64,000 nucleotides of DNA from Corallococcus caeni (GTDB lineage Bacteria; Myxococcota; Myxococcia; Myxococcales; Myxococcaceae): NCBI RefSeq assembly GCF_036245885.1, contig NZ_BTTX01000008.1; one strand, given 5' to 3'. The first letter of the stretch is position 1. Every line of letters starts with the position of its first letter. Made by a program: the position numbers and the translations under genes. Positions 26,382 through 35,214 of this stretch are shown here, piece after piece. The notes under the pieces are model-generated. The model saw only the letters and a list, made by a program, of their open reading frames with translations. It was not told where the DNA came from and did not search any database.

Positions 26382-26687
26382 ATGTTCGACGCCTGTGGAG
26401 GTTGTGAGCGCCGTGGCACCGCCGGAGAGGTGTTCGACTGGTGCGCGCACTGCGAGCTGTCCCTGTGTCCCGGCTGCCTCCAGCGCGGCTGCTGCGGCAG
26501 CGTGCCCGCGGACTCCGGGCGGGGCGCGCCGAAGGAGCTCCCCGAGCCGCCCCCCGCCGAGCGCGAGCCCCTGCCGGAGGACTTCGGCGGCCGCTGCTGC
26601 ACCCACGCCCGCGCGGTGGCGTGCTCGTGCGCCTTCCACTGGGTCTGCGTGCGCCACGGTGACCTGCACGTGGGGACCCACGACTGA
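26382..26687 (+). CDS. Small cysteine-rich protein (15 Cys in 101 aa; putative zinc-ribbon/B-box-like)
   Basis: Strong RBS AAGGAGG 8 nt upstream of the ATG. CxxC pairs (CGGC, CAHC, CPGC, CSC). Confidence 0.5.
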   Translation: MFDACGGCERRGTAGEVFDWCAHCELSLCPGCLQRGCCGSVPADSGRGAPKELPEPPPAEREPLPEDFGGRCCTHARAVACSCAFHWVCVRHGDLHVGTHD

Positions 26688-26796
26688 TGACGTGAAGCAT
26701 CACCCCTGTGTGGGCGTTGACACACGGGCGGCCCGTCCACGACGGTTCCGGTTCTTTCGGGCATTGCCGCCCGGACACCGCACGGAGCACGACACC

Positions 26797-27189
26797 ATGG
26801 GACTCGCCGAACGGAAGGAAATGGCCGCCTTCAAGAAGGACTACCTCGCGCCGAAGGTGGCGGAGCTGAAGGAGGCCGCGGGGGGCGCGGACATCCAGGT
26901 GACCCTCGACGAGGCGAGCTTCACCAGCGTGGCCGCCATCCAGATGATCTCCAACGGCTTCTTCGACCGGCTCATCGACGACATGAAGTACATCTGCAAC
27001 GACGACGTCGGGAAGGAGGCCGTCCGGGACGGCGTCAAGGTGGTGCAGGTCTCCCACAAGGAGGACCCGGGCTACACGCTGGACCTGTCGGGAGGCACGC
27101 TCACCCTGCGCGCGAAGCTGGACGGCTCCATCGGCGAGGACCTGCCCGGCTACGGGGCCTACAAGGACCTGATGCTGAAGAAGCTGTAG
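26797..27189 (+). CDS. Hypothetical protein (130 aa)
   Basis: Protein-like composition (MGLAERKEMAAFKKDYLAPKVAELKEAAGG...). The ATG at 26797 has GGAG at about -10. The ORF is open from 26395. Confidence 0.45.
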   Translation: MGLAERKEMAAFKKDYLAPKVAELKEAAGGADIQVTLDEASFTSVAAIQMISNGFFDRLIDDMKYICNDDVGKEAVRDGVKVVQVSHKEDPGYTLDLSGGTLTLRAKLDGSIGEDLPGYGAYKDLMLKKL

Positions 27190-27258
27190 GCCGGCACCGC
27201 TCGCGGACCGGGAGGACGCCTGTCGTGGCGGCCCCCGGCCCGTGTCATGGCGTCCGGC

Positions 27259-30200
27259 TCAGGGCACGTCCAGCGCGACGCCCTGTCCCGGCACGGCCAT
27301 CACCCAGCGGACGACGTCCGGCTTGCCGCCGCAGGTGACGCGCACCTCGAACTCACGCCCCGCGGGCATGGCGCTGGCGAGCGGCGTCTGGCCCTGGAGC
27401 ACCTGCGAGCCCAGCGCCACGCGGCAGCCCTGGGCGCCGGTGATGCTGAGCGTGCCCTGGGCCTCCGCCTGGGGCGCGGCGTCCGCGAGCGTGCGCAGGT
27501 CGATGTGCTCCGACCTGGGCACCTTGCCGAAGCGGTGCAGCTTGCCCTCCACGGCCGTGGAGACGAGCCAGCCGGAGGGGTCCTCCGGCAGGGCGTTGCT
27601 GCCTTCCAGCAGCACGCCGGACACGTAGACGCGCTCGCCCTCCTGGGCGTTGCGCACCTCCACGCCGCCCTTGGGCAGCAGGAACACCAGCGCGAGCCCC
27701 GCGAACACCAGGCCCACGCCGCCCACGACGAGCCCCTTGCGCTGGCCGGGCGTCAGCCCCTTCCCCGCCGCTTCGGCGGCGGGCACCGGGGCCGCGGGGG
27801 CCACGGCGTGGACGGGCGCTGGCGGCGGGGCCACCGGAGCCGCCGGAGGCCGCGCGGGCGTGGCCACCTGCGGCGGCGGCGGAGCGGCCACGGGCGGTGG
27901 CGGCGGCGCGGGGTGGTTCCCGCCATGGGCCGCGTGCGTGCCCGACTGCGGCGGGTAGGCACCTGCCTGCGGCGCGGGCGCGACCCCGTATTGCGCGTGG
28001 GTGCCCCCGTGCTGCGGGTGGGCGGCGACGGGGCTGGGCGGCAGGGCGGCCACGGGCGGTGGCGGCGGGGCCGCGGTCAGGGGCGCCACGGAGGGCACCG
28101 ACACCGACGGACGCTGCGGCGGGGGCCCCACGCGCGTGGGCACGTTGGCGGAGGCCGCCGGGCGCACCGCGGTGGGCGGCGGCAGCGGCGACACGGGCGG
28201 AGGCGCGGCCGGGCGCGACGGACGGGGCGCGGGCGCGGCGGCGACGGGCGGGGCGACCGGGGGACGCGACGGATCCGAGGTGACGGAGACGACCTCCGTG
28301 CCGCGCTCGGCGGGCTCCGGCGGGGACGCCACCGGGGGCGGCTCCATCCGGGGCATGCTGCCGGAGCCGCCGCGCACGGGCGGACGGGACAGGTCCGACG
28401 GGGCGCGCATGTCGCTGCCGGAGCCCGTGCCCGGGACGCGCGAGTGCGAGCCCGTCCCCGGCATCAGCGCCCGGGGGTTGGAGCCCGTGCCCGAGCCGGC
28501 GATGGACGACGGCGCGTACTCGGAGAGCCGGTCGCCCAGCGCCTCCTTGAAGAACTGCGCCACCGACGCGGGCGACGAGGACAGCCGGTGGTGCGTGATG
28601 ACGGCCTCGATCTCCTCGCGCATCGCCGCCGCGGTGGGCGTGCGGCGCGCGGGGTCCTTCACCAGCGCGCGCAGGATGAGGTCCGACACGTCCTGCGGGA
28701 TGTGGGGCCGCAGCTGCGAGGGCACCGGCGCGGGCTCGCGCACGATGGCCGCCAGCGTGGCCGCGTCGTGGTCGCGGCGGAACGGCAGCTGTCCGGTGAG
28801 CAGCTCGAAGAGCACCACGCCCAGCGCGAACACGTCGTTGCGCCAGTCCAGCGGACGGCCGCTGGCGGCCTCCGGGGAGAGGTAGGAAATCTTCCCCTTG
28901 ATGACGCCCGCCTGCGTCTGCTCCTCGCCCTGCACCTTGGCGATGCCGAAGTCCGACAGCTTGATGGCGCCGTCCAGCGACACCAGCACGTTGTGGGGGC
29001 TGACGTCGCGGTGCACCACCGGGTGCGCGGTGCCGGACGGGTCCACGTAGCTGTGCGCGTAGTGCAGACCCGCGGCCACCTCCGCCACGATGCGCAGCGC
29101 GTGCTCCAGGGGCAGCGCCATGCCCTTGCGGCGCAGCTCCGTGAGCAGGCGCTTCAGGTCCGGGCCGCGCACGTACTCCATCAGGATGTACGCCACGCCG
29201 TCCGTCACGCCCACGTCGAAGGTCTGGACGATGTTGGGGTGCGTGAGGCGCGCGTTGGCGCGGGCCTCCGCGAAGAGCATGTCGACGAACTCAGGATTCT
29301 CAGCGAACTGCGCGAGAATCTTCTTCATCACGACGAACTTCTCGAAGCCCTTCACGCCCTGCTGCTTGGCGAGGAAGACCTCCGCCATGCCGCCCTGCCC
29401 CAGCCGGCGGATGATCTGCAGCCGGGCGCCGCTGTTGTGCGTGTCCGTGGCGGACGTGCCCTTGGCGCCGGGGTCCTGGTTGGTGGAGCCGAAGAGGTAC
29501 TGGCTGAGCGCGCGCTGCTCCAACGCCTCGATGTCGTCCAGCGGCTTGTCGGTGAGCGGCGTACGCGCGAGCAGCCCCTGGAACTGCGCGAGCGCCGGGG
29601 CCCGGGCGTTGCCGCCGCACACGGGGCACACGCGGTCCAGGGTGCCCTTGGCGCGCAGGACCTCCAGGTACTCGGAGGTCTGGATGCGCTGGTGGGTGAC
29701 CTGGCCGCAGTTGCGGCAGTCGCACGGCAGCCACAGCGTGGCCAGCTTCGCCGGCAGCGCCTTGGTGGACTTCGCCAGCACGCCCAGCAGCGGCGGCGGC
29801 ACGCGGCAGAGCACCACCTGGGCGCCCTGCGACGCCACCTCCAGCACCTGTTCGATGCGCGGCAGCGCCTCCGGCTCCACCGTGCTCACGTGGCAGCAGT
29901 CGAACGCGACGCGCCCCTCCAGGCCGGACGCCAGCCGGCGCACGTTGAGGTCGCCCTTGAGCGTGCTGGCCAGGGTGATGAAGGTGATGTCGTCCTGGAC
30001 GATCTTCAGGTGCGAGGAGAGCTCGGACGGCTCGTTGGGGAGGCCCGCGCGCAGGTAGCGCAGCACGGCGGGGTCCACCGCGGAGAACTGCTGGCGGCGC
30101 GCGAAGTCGAAGAACTCCGTGGGCTCGTCCGCGAACTCCAGCGGCTGGGCGCACACGGGGCAGTGGTGCGGCGGGGCGCCGCCCGCCTCCACGACCTTGC

Positions 30201-30642
30201 TCTCCTCCACCAGACGGACCAGCCGCAGCCGGTCCTCCTTGCAGAAGCGGCAGGAGTACGGCGCGAGCAGCGACAGCACGCGCGCGACGCCCGCGAAGCC
30301 CTCCACCATGTTGAGCTGATCCACCACCACCGGAGGGGCGTTGACGACGTACAGCCCCGACACGCCCTGCGGCGGGTGGCCGGCGAATTCAATCCACCGG
30401 CGCACACCGAAGGAGCTGATGCGCTCCACCAGCCCCAGGTCCACCACCACCAGGCCCTGGAGGCCCTTGGACGCCGGCGAGAGGGGGAAGGTTTCGTCGA
30501 TCACCCCGGCCACGCGCACGTGGGTCAGACTGCCCACGCGCAGGGAGGTGATGCTGGCATTGGAAGTTTGGCTCTCCACCCGCCTACCCTCGTTCCAGAC
30601 AGAACAGCAGCGACTTGGGCTGCGCGGCCCGGCGGCGCGCAT
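27259..30642 (-). CDS. Membrane-anchored Hanks-type Ser/Thr protein kinase with N-terminal STAS (anti-sigma-antagonist-like) domain and Zn-ribbon Cys pairs
   Basis: N-terminal STAS-like segment VAGVIDETF...LVVVDLGLVERISSFGVRRWIEF. Cys pairs CRFC, CPVC, CDCRNC and CPVCGG. Kinase subdomains GQGGMAEVF, VMKK, HRDVSPHNVLV, DFGIA and SPE. Pro/Ala-rich linker, a TM segment LVVGGVGLVFAGLALVFLL and an extracytoplasmic C-terminal domain. An alternative GTG start lies near 30579. Confidence 0.9.
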   Translation of the reverse strand: MRAAGPRSPSRCCSVWNEGRRVESQTSNASITSLRVGSLTHVRVAGVIDETFPLSPASKGLQGLVVVDLGLVERISSFGVRRWIEFAGHPPQGVSGLYVVNAPPVVVDQLNMVEGFAGVARVLSLLAPYSCRFCKEDRLRLVRLVEESKVVEAGGAPPHHCPVCAQPLEFADEPTEFFDFARRQQFSAVDPAVLRYLRAGLPNEPSELSSHLKIVQDDITFITLASTLKGDLNVRRLASGLEGRVAFDCCHVSTVEPEALPRIEQVLEVASQGAQVVLCRVPPPLLGVLAKSTKALPAKLATLWLPCDCRNCGQVTHQRIQTSEYLEVLRAKGTLDRVCPVCGGNARAPALAQFQGLLARTPLTDKPLDDIEALEQRALSQYLFGSTNQDPGAKGTSATDTHNSGARLQIIRRLGQGGMAEVFLAKQQGVKGFEKFVVMKKILAQFAENPEFVDMLFAEARANARLTHPNIVQTFDVGVTDGVAYILMEYVRGPDLKRLLTELRRKGMALPLEHALRIVAEVAAGLHYAHSYVDPSGTAHPVVHRDVSPHNVLVSLDGAIKLSDFGIAKVQGEEQTQAGVIKGKISYLSPEAASGRPLDWRNDVFALGVVLFELLTGQLPFRRDHDAATLAAIVREPAPVPSQLRPHIPQDVSDLILRALVKDPARRTPTAAAMREEIEAVITHHRLSSSPASVAQFFKEALGDRLSEYAPSSIAGSGTGSNPRALMPGTGSHSRVPGTGSGSDMRAPSDLSRPPVRGGSGSMPRMEPPPVASPPEPAERGTEVVSVTSDPSRPPVAPPVAAAPAPRPSRPAAPPPVSPLPPPTAVRPAASANVPTRVGPPPQRPSVSVPSVAPLTAAPPPPPVAALPPSPVAAHPQHGGTHAQYGVAPAPQAGAYPPQSGTHAAHGGNHPAPPPPPVAAPPPPQVATPARPPAAPVAPPPAPVHAVAPAAPVPAAEAAGKGLTPGQRKGLVVGGVGLVFAGLALVFLLPKGGVEVRNAQEGERVYVSGVLLEGSNALPEDPSGWLVSTAVEGKLHRFGKVPRSEHIDLRTLADAAPQAEAQGTLSITGAQGCRVALGSQVLQGQTPLASAMPAGREFEVRVTCGGKPDVVRWVMAVPGQGVALDVP

Positions 30643-31429
30643 CCCCCAGGTCCACCGCGCAGGCGAACTGGGTCCGCTTCCCCGGAGTCACCCGCACCGC
30701 GACCGCGTCGCTGTGCTCCAGGATGCGCCGCAGACCCAGGCCCGCGCCACCACCCGAAGCATCCACCTGCGCCTTCTCACCCCACGCCTTCACCACCCGC
30801 ACCAGCGGTGACACCGACAGGCGGCCGAAGCGATCCGTCGCCTCCAGCCAGGCCCGGCCGTCCGCCACCGCCCAGGACAGCAGGCAGCGATCCTCCTCCG
30901 CCACCGACTGCACCTGCCCGCGCCGGTGGGCGTACTTCGGCTCGCCGCCCGCGTCCACCGGCGCGTCGAGCAGGGCATTCGCGGCAATCTCATGGACGAC
31001 ATCCGCCACCCGGCTGGAGGCCGCCCGCGAGCCGCCGGCCTGGAGGACGGCCTCGGCCGCGCGCTCCCCCGCGGCCGTCACCTCCGCCACGCTGCCCAGC
31101 CACGCCACGGACGTGGCGGCTTCCCGGGGAATCATGGGCTCGCCGCGCAGGAGCGCGCCGAGCAGCCGCGCCTCCCAGGCGGACGGCTGGCCGCCCTCAC
31201 CGCGCGTGGCCAGCAGCAGCGCCGGGGGACGCCGCTCCAGGAGCGCCGCGTGGGCGGGAGTGAACCGCCCGTCGAACAGCACCAGGTGCGGCGCCGCGTC
31301 GTCACCGCGCCCCAACAGGACGCCGTCCCGGGCCAGCACCCCGGAGGCCTTCTCCAGCGCCTCCGGCGTGAGCGTCGTGTCCGGCGTCAACTTCAGGGGG
31401 GCATCCTTCACGGCGGCGACGGTATCCAA
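30584..31429 (-). CDS. Putative GHKL-type ATP-binding protein (RsbW/SpoIIAB-like anti-sigma-factor/Ser-kinase C-terminal domain)
   Basis: N-box-like VHEIAANALLDAP and G2-box GGGAGLGL followed by VAVRVTPGKRTQFACAVDLG, typical of RsbW-family C-termini. The stop is 9 bp after the TonB receptor gene stop and overlaps or abuts the kinase start. The antisense ORF 30615..31463 is junk. Confidence 0.5.
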   Translation of the reverse strand: MDTVAAVKDAPLKLTPDTTLTPEALEKASGVLARDGVLLGRGDDAAPHLVLFDGRFTPAHAALLERRPPALLLATRGEGGQPSAWEARLLGALLRGEPMIPREAATSVAWLGSVAEVTAAGERAAEAVLQAGGSRAASSRVADVVHEIAANALLDAPVDAGGEPKYAHRRGQVQSVAEEDRCLLSWAVADGRAWLEATDRFGRLSVSPLVRVVKAWGEKAQVDASGGGAGLGLRRILEHSDAVAVRVTPGKRTQFACAVDLGDARRRAAQPKSLLFCLERG

Positions 31430-31437
31430 ACAGCGCC

Positions 31438-34062
31438 CTAATAATGGAGTCGAACTTCTGTGAAGACGCCCAGCGGCGGAGCGGGGAAGCCGTGGGACTC
31501 CTCATACTTCGCATTGAAGAGGTTCGTGCCAAGCAGCGACACGGCCACGCGCTCGTGGACGTTGAAGCCCACACGCGCGGTCGCGGTGATGTAGCTGGGC
31601 AGCTTCACGCGGGTGGTGGTGCCCGCGTTCTCGTCCACCACGAAGCCCGGGTCGAAGCGCGGGCCCACGAACAGGCCGTAGAGCTCCACGAAGGCGAACT
31701 TGCCGATGTTGGTGCGGCCGCGCAGGTAGACGCGGTGGCTGGGGGCGTAGTCCAGCGGGTAGCTGGCCCCGCCGCCCACGGGCAGCGCCTGGGCGTCCAG
31801 GAACTGGTAGGCCACGTCGAACGAGGAGTTGAGGGACGGCACCTGCGCCGCGGCCTCCGCCTCGAAGCCCGCCACGCGCGCGTCGCCCAGGTTCTTGAAC
31901 TGGGACGTGGAGCCGAAGAGGAGCTCCTGGTTGATGAAGTTGCGGGCGCGGTTGTAGAAGCCCGTGCCCGTCAGGCGCACCTTGCGGTCGAACGGCCAGA
32001 AGTCCACCGCCGCCTCCACCGTGTCCAGCGTCTCCGCGCGCAGGGCCGGGTTGCCCAGCAGCGTCGCGGCGTACATCTGCTGGTTGATGGCCAGCTCCGC
32101 CAGCGTGGGCGCGCGGAAGGCGCGGCCGTAGTTGGTGCGCAGCGTGAGCAGCTCCGGGATGGCGTGGAACACGACGCTGGCGCGCGGGGACAGCTGGTCC
32201 GTCTTCGCCTCCCAGACCTTGGAGGGGATCTGGTAGCTGTCGTAGCGGGCGCCCGCGCCCACGACCACGCGGTCCGTGATGCGGTACTCGGCGTCCACGA
32301 AGCCGCCCAGGATGGTCTGCTTCGTGTCGTCCAGGGTCAGGCCGGGCAGCACGTTCTGGTTGTTCACCTGGTCGGCCTTCACGTCGCCGCCCACGGTGAC
32401 GGACAGCTTGTCCAGGGAGAACAGCGCGCGCGCCTCACCGCCCAGGCGGCTGCGCTTGCCCAGCGTGTCCTCCAGCGCGCCGGTGATCTCGTTCTCCAGC
32501 GTCACGTTGCGGCGCTTGAAGAACGTGTAGGCCTGCGCGAACACGCGCACGTTGTCCGTCACCTGCTGATCCAGCTGCAGGGCGGCGTTCAGGTTCTGGA
32601 CGTGCTCGTTGTCCTGCGCGGTGTAGTGGCAGCGGCCGCAGTTGCCCACGGTGGAGATGTTCTGGCCACCGGGCCGGCCGATGTTGCCGTCGGTGAAGTC
32701 CGCGTCCAGCGCGAGCGGCCCCACGCGGACCTTGCCGTTCACCTGGTGCACCAGCGAGTCCTCGTTGGTGTCCGTCTGGCCCAGCTGCTGGTTGTTGAAG
32801 AGCTGCGGGCCGTCCGAGCCGAAGCCGTAGTAGCCGAGCAGCGCCTCCACCGGGCCGCCGCGGCCGGCGACGTTGGTCTGCAGGCGCCACGTCTTGTCCT
32901 GGCCCGCGAGGATGCGCGCGTCGGCGCCCACGTTCTGGCCCTTGGCGATGAGGTCCGCGGGCTGGCGCTCGATGATGTTGATGACGCCGCTGAAGGCGTT
33001 GGAGCCGTAGAGCGACGAACCCGGGCCGCGGATGACCTCCACCTGCTTGAGGTTGGTCATCGGCGTCGTCTCATCCGCGTAGAACTGGCCCGTCCAGGGG
33101 TCCGTCAGCGGACGGCCGTCCTTGAGGAGCAGCAGGCGGTTGGACAGGTAGTTGGAGCCCAGGCCGCGCGCGCTCACCGCCGCCTTGCGCATGGAGCCCC
33201 GGCGGCACTCCATGCCGGGGAAGTACTGGATGGCCTCGCAGAGCGAGAACTGGCCGGTGCCCTCCAGCTCCTCCGCCGGGATCCACGACACCGTGAGGGG
33301 CACGTCGGAGATGCGCTGGCTGCGCTTGGACGCCGTGGTGACGACGGCCTCGCTCAGCGCCAGGTTGATGTTCTTCTCCAGGTCGTCGCCGCCGCCCAGG
33401 TCCGGGCCGTCCAGGCCGGAGAGGCTGGAGGGCGGGGGCAGCGCGCGGTCCGACGTGGGCTGCGTGAAGGGCGCGCGGTCCGGGACGTTGTCGGCCGTCC
33501 GGGGCTGCGACGCCGGCAGCATCGCGCCGGCACCCAGCGCGGGCGCGGGCTGCGGGTTGGACGGGATGTCGGAGGTCAACGGCCCGTCATAGGGCGACGT
33601 CGAGGCGGGGGTCCCGGGCGAGGCCACGGGCATCGGATCCGCCACGGACGGGCCGACGGCAGGGCCGGCCAGGGGAGCGGGCTGCGCGGGCGGCGGCTCG
33701 GTGGCGAGCACCGGCTCCTGCGCGGCGGGTTCCTCTCCGGGAATGGGCTCCGGCTCCACCGGCGGAGGCGGCGGCTTCGCGCCCCGGCGCGTCTTCGCCG
33801 TGCGCGGAGGCTTCGTCCCCGGAGCCGCGGACTTCGCGCCCGGGGTGGCGGCCTTCGTGCCCGGCGTGGTGGCCGCGCGCTTGCGCGAGGCCTTCGTCCG
33901 GGTCTTGGGAGCCGGGTCCTGGGCCTCCTGGGCCCGGGCCGTCTCCACCACGAACAGCGACAGCGCGCAGACAACCAGCGTGAGGCATGCGCGCGCGTTC
34001 AGCCGGCCGGCAAACCCCTTCACCGCGTTGGTGCGCGGCCCACCGTACTCAGTCGAGTCCAT
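31438..34062 (-). CDS. TonB-dependent outer-membrane receptor with a ~220-aa Lys/Pro/Ala-rich N-terminal extension
   Basis: Plug and barrel motifs (TASKRSQRISDVPLTVSWI, RGPGSSLYGSNAFSGVINII) and a C-terminal aromatic beta-strand FTEVRLHY. The start is taken at 34062 (MDSTEYGG..., signal peptide). The ORF is open to 34146. Confidence 0.9.
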   Translation of the reverse strand: MDSTEYGGPRTNAVKGFAGRLNARACLTLVVCALSLFVVETARAQEAQDPAPKTRTKASRKRAATTPGTKAATPGAKSAAPGTKPPRTAKTRRGAKPPPPPVEPEPIPGEEPAAQEPVLATEPPPAQPAPLAGPAVGPSVADPMPVASPGTPASTSPYDGPLTSDIPSNPQPAPALGAGAMLPASQPRTADNVPDRAPFTQPTSDRALPPPSSLSGLDGPDLGGGDDLEKNINLALSEAVVTTASKRSQRISDVPLTVSWIPAEELEGTGQFSLCEAIQYFPGMECRRGSMRKAAVSARGLGSNYLSNRLLLLKDGRPLTDPWTGQFYADETTPMTNLKQVEVIRGPGSSLYGSNAFSGVINIIERQPADLIAKGQNVGADARILAGQDKTWRLQTNVAGRGGPVEALLGYYGFGSDGPQLFNNQQLGQTDTNEDSLVHQVNGKVRVGPLALDADFTDGNIGRPGGQNISTVGNCGRCHYTAQDNEHVQNLNAALQLDQQVTDNVRVFAQAYTFFKRRNVTLENEITGALEDTLGKRSRLGGEARALFSLDKLSVTVGGDVKADQVNNQNVLPGLTLDDTKQTILGGFVDAEYRITDRVVVGAGARYDSYQIPSKVWEAKTDQLSPRASVVFHAIPELLTLRTNYGRAFRAPTLAELAINQQMYAATLLGNPALRAETLDTVEAAVDFWPFDRKVRLTGTGFYNRARNFINQELLFGSTSQFKNLGDARVAGFEAEAAAQVPSLNSSFDVAYQFLDAQALPVGGGASYPLDYAPSHRVYLRGRTNIGKFAFVELYGLFVGPRFDPGFVVDENAGTTTRVKLPSYITATARVGFNVHERVAVSLLGTNLFNAKYEESHGFPAPPLGVFTEVRLHY

Positions 34063-34296
34063 CGTTCTCAATTCCACGAGGGGAAGCAGGGATGTCCGCG
34101 GTCCGTGCGCCAGGATCCAGAGCCGGTGCGACTGGCAATCGTCCACAGGGGCGAGTTTCCACCCCTGAACGGTGGCGGTCCGCTCGACTTCTTAAATTAC
34201 CGCAATAACTCGCCTAAGGCCAAGTCGTGGCTGTCGATCCGGGCAAATCACGCGAACGGCGACGGGAGCGCCGTGCGCGGATCAGCCACGGCGCAA

Positions 34297-35214
34297 TCAG
34301 TCATCCGGCTGTTCAGCGGACACGGCCAGGTCGTCCGCGAAGGGCGGCAGCGCGGGACCCAGCGACTCCGACTGCACGAGCACGGGCGTCTCCACCCGCA
34401 GGTCGGGTGCGTCCGCGAGGACGGGCTGGCGGCGCGGGGGGCCCTGGGTGACGAGCTTGCGGAAGTCCTCGAACTCGCGGCCCTGGATGCGGGCGAAGGC
34501 GTCGAACGGGGCGACCACCCCCACGGCGGACAGGGCCTGGGACAGCGCGTCCCCCCCGCCCTTCAGGTCCACCAGCACGGCGCCCGGCACCCGGGCGCTC
34601 TTGAAGAGCACGCGCATGTCCCTGGGCACGTGCGCCACCGGCACGAGCGCGGCCTCCGCGCCCTTGGCCTCCAGCATCTTCACCGCCGACTCCACGTTGG
34701 GCACCGGCACCAGCTTGAAGTGCTTCTGGGCATCCAGGTCGCCGCCCAGCACGACGTGGGAGACGAACTTGGGGTCCGCGGGGCCCGCGCCCTTGACCAG
34801 CGCCATGCGCTTGCCGGCGAGGTCCTTCACGCTGCCCTTCTGGGTGGAGATGATGGCCCAGCGCTGCTGCGTCTCACCGGCGCGCGGCGCGTACGCCACG
34901 GCCTGCGCCTTGGCGCCCAGCTGCACCGCGGCCCAGCCGTCCACCACGGCGAAGTCGATCTGCCCCTCCCCCACCGCCTTGGAGAAGTCCTCGTAGCGGC
35001 CGAAGCTCTTGGCGGCGACGGGGCGGCCCAGGCTGGCCTCCAGTTTCTGGGCCAGGGCCTCCGCGTACTGGAAGCGCTCCTGGCCGTCCGACAGCGTGGT
35101 GGCGAGGAACACGCCCAGCGTGGCCTTCTTCGGCGCGGCGGACGCGGGGATGGCGACGAACAACACGGCGGCGAGCAGGAGGCTCCACCGCGCGACAAGG
35201 GATGGCGTCTTCAC
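34297..35214 (-). CDS. Periplasmic substrate-binding protein, PhnD/SsuA-like (phosphonate/phosphate-type SBP fold)
   Basis: Signal peptide MKTPSLVARWSLLLAAVLFVAIPASA. Type-2 SBP-like sequence. Its start overlaps the TPR gene stop by 4 bp (translational coupling). Confidence 0.6.
   Translation of the reverse strand: MKTPSLVARWSLLLAAVLFVAIPASAAPKKATLGVFLATTLSDGQERFQYAEALAQKLEASLGRPVAAKSFGRYEDFSKAVGEGQIDFAVVDGWAAVQLGAKAQAVAYAPRAGETQQRWAIISTQKGSVKDLAGKRMALVKGAGPADPKFVSHVVLGGDLDAQKHFKLVPVPNVESAVKMLEAKGAEAALVPVAHVPRDMRVLFKSARVPGAVLVDLKGGGDALSQALSAVGVVAPFDAFARIQGREFEDFRKLVTQGPPRRQPVLADAPDLRVETPVLVQSESLGPALPPFADDLAVSAEQPDD

Noticed and set aside
27780-28300. Quasi-repetitive GC-rich DNA encoding a Pro/Ala/Gly-rich stretch (HGGTHAQYG..GTHAAHGG, PPPPVAAPPPP) in the Ser/Thr kinase
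   Set aside because: Imperfect codon-level repetition within a coding low-complexity linker, not a tandem-repeat element, CRISPR array or mobile-element terminal repeat.
30615-31463. 282-aa plus-strand ORF antisense to the GHKL-like gene
   Set aside because: Ser/Arg/Ala-rich low-complexity translation. The minus frame contains RsbW-like N-box and G2-box motifs.
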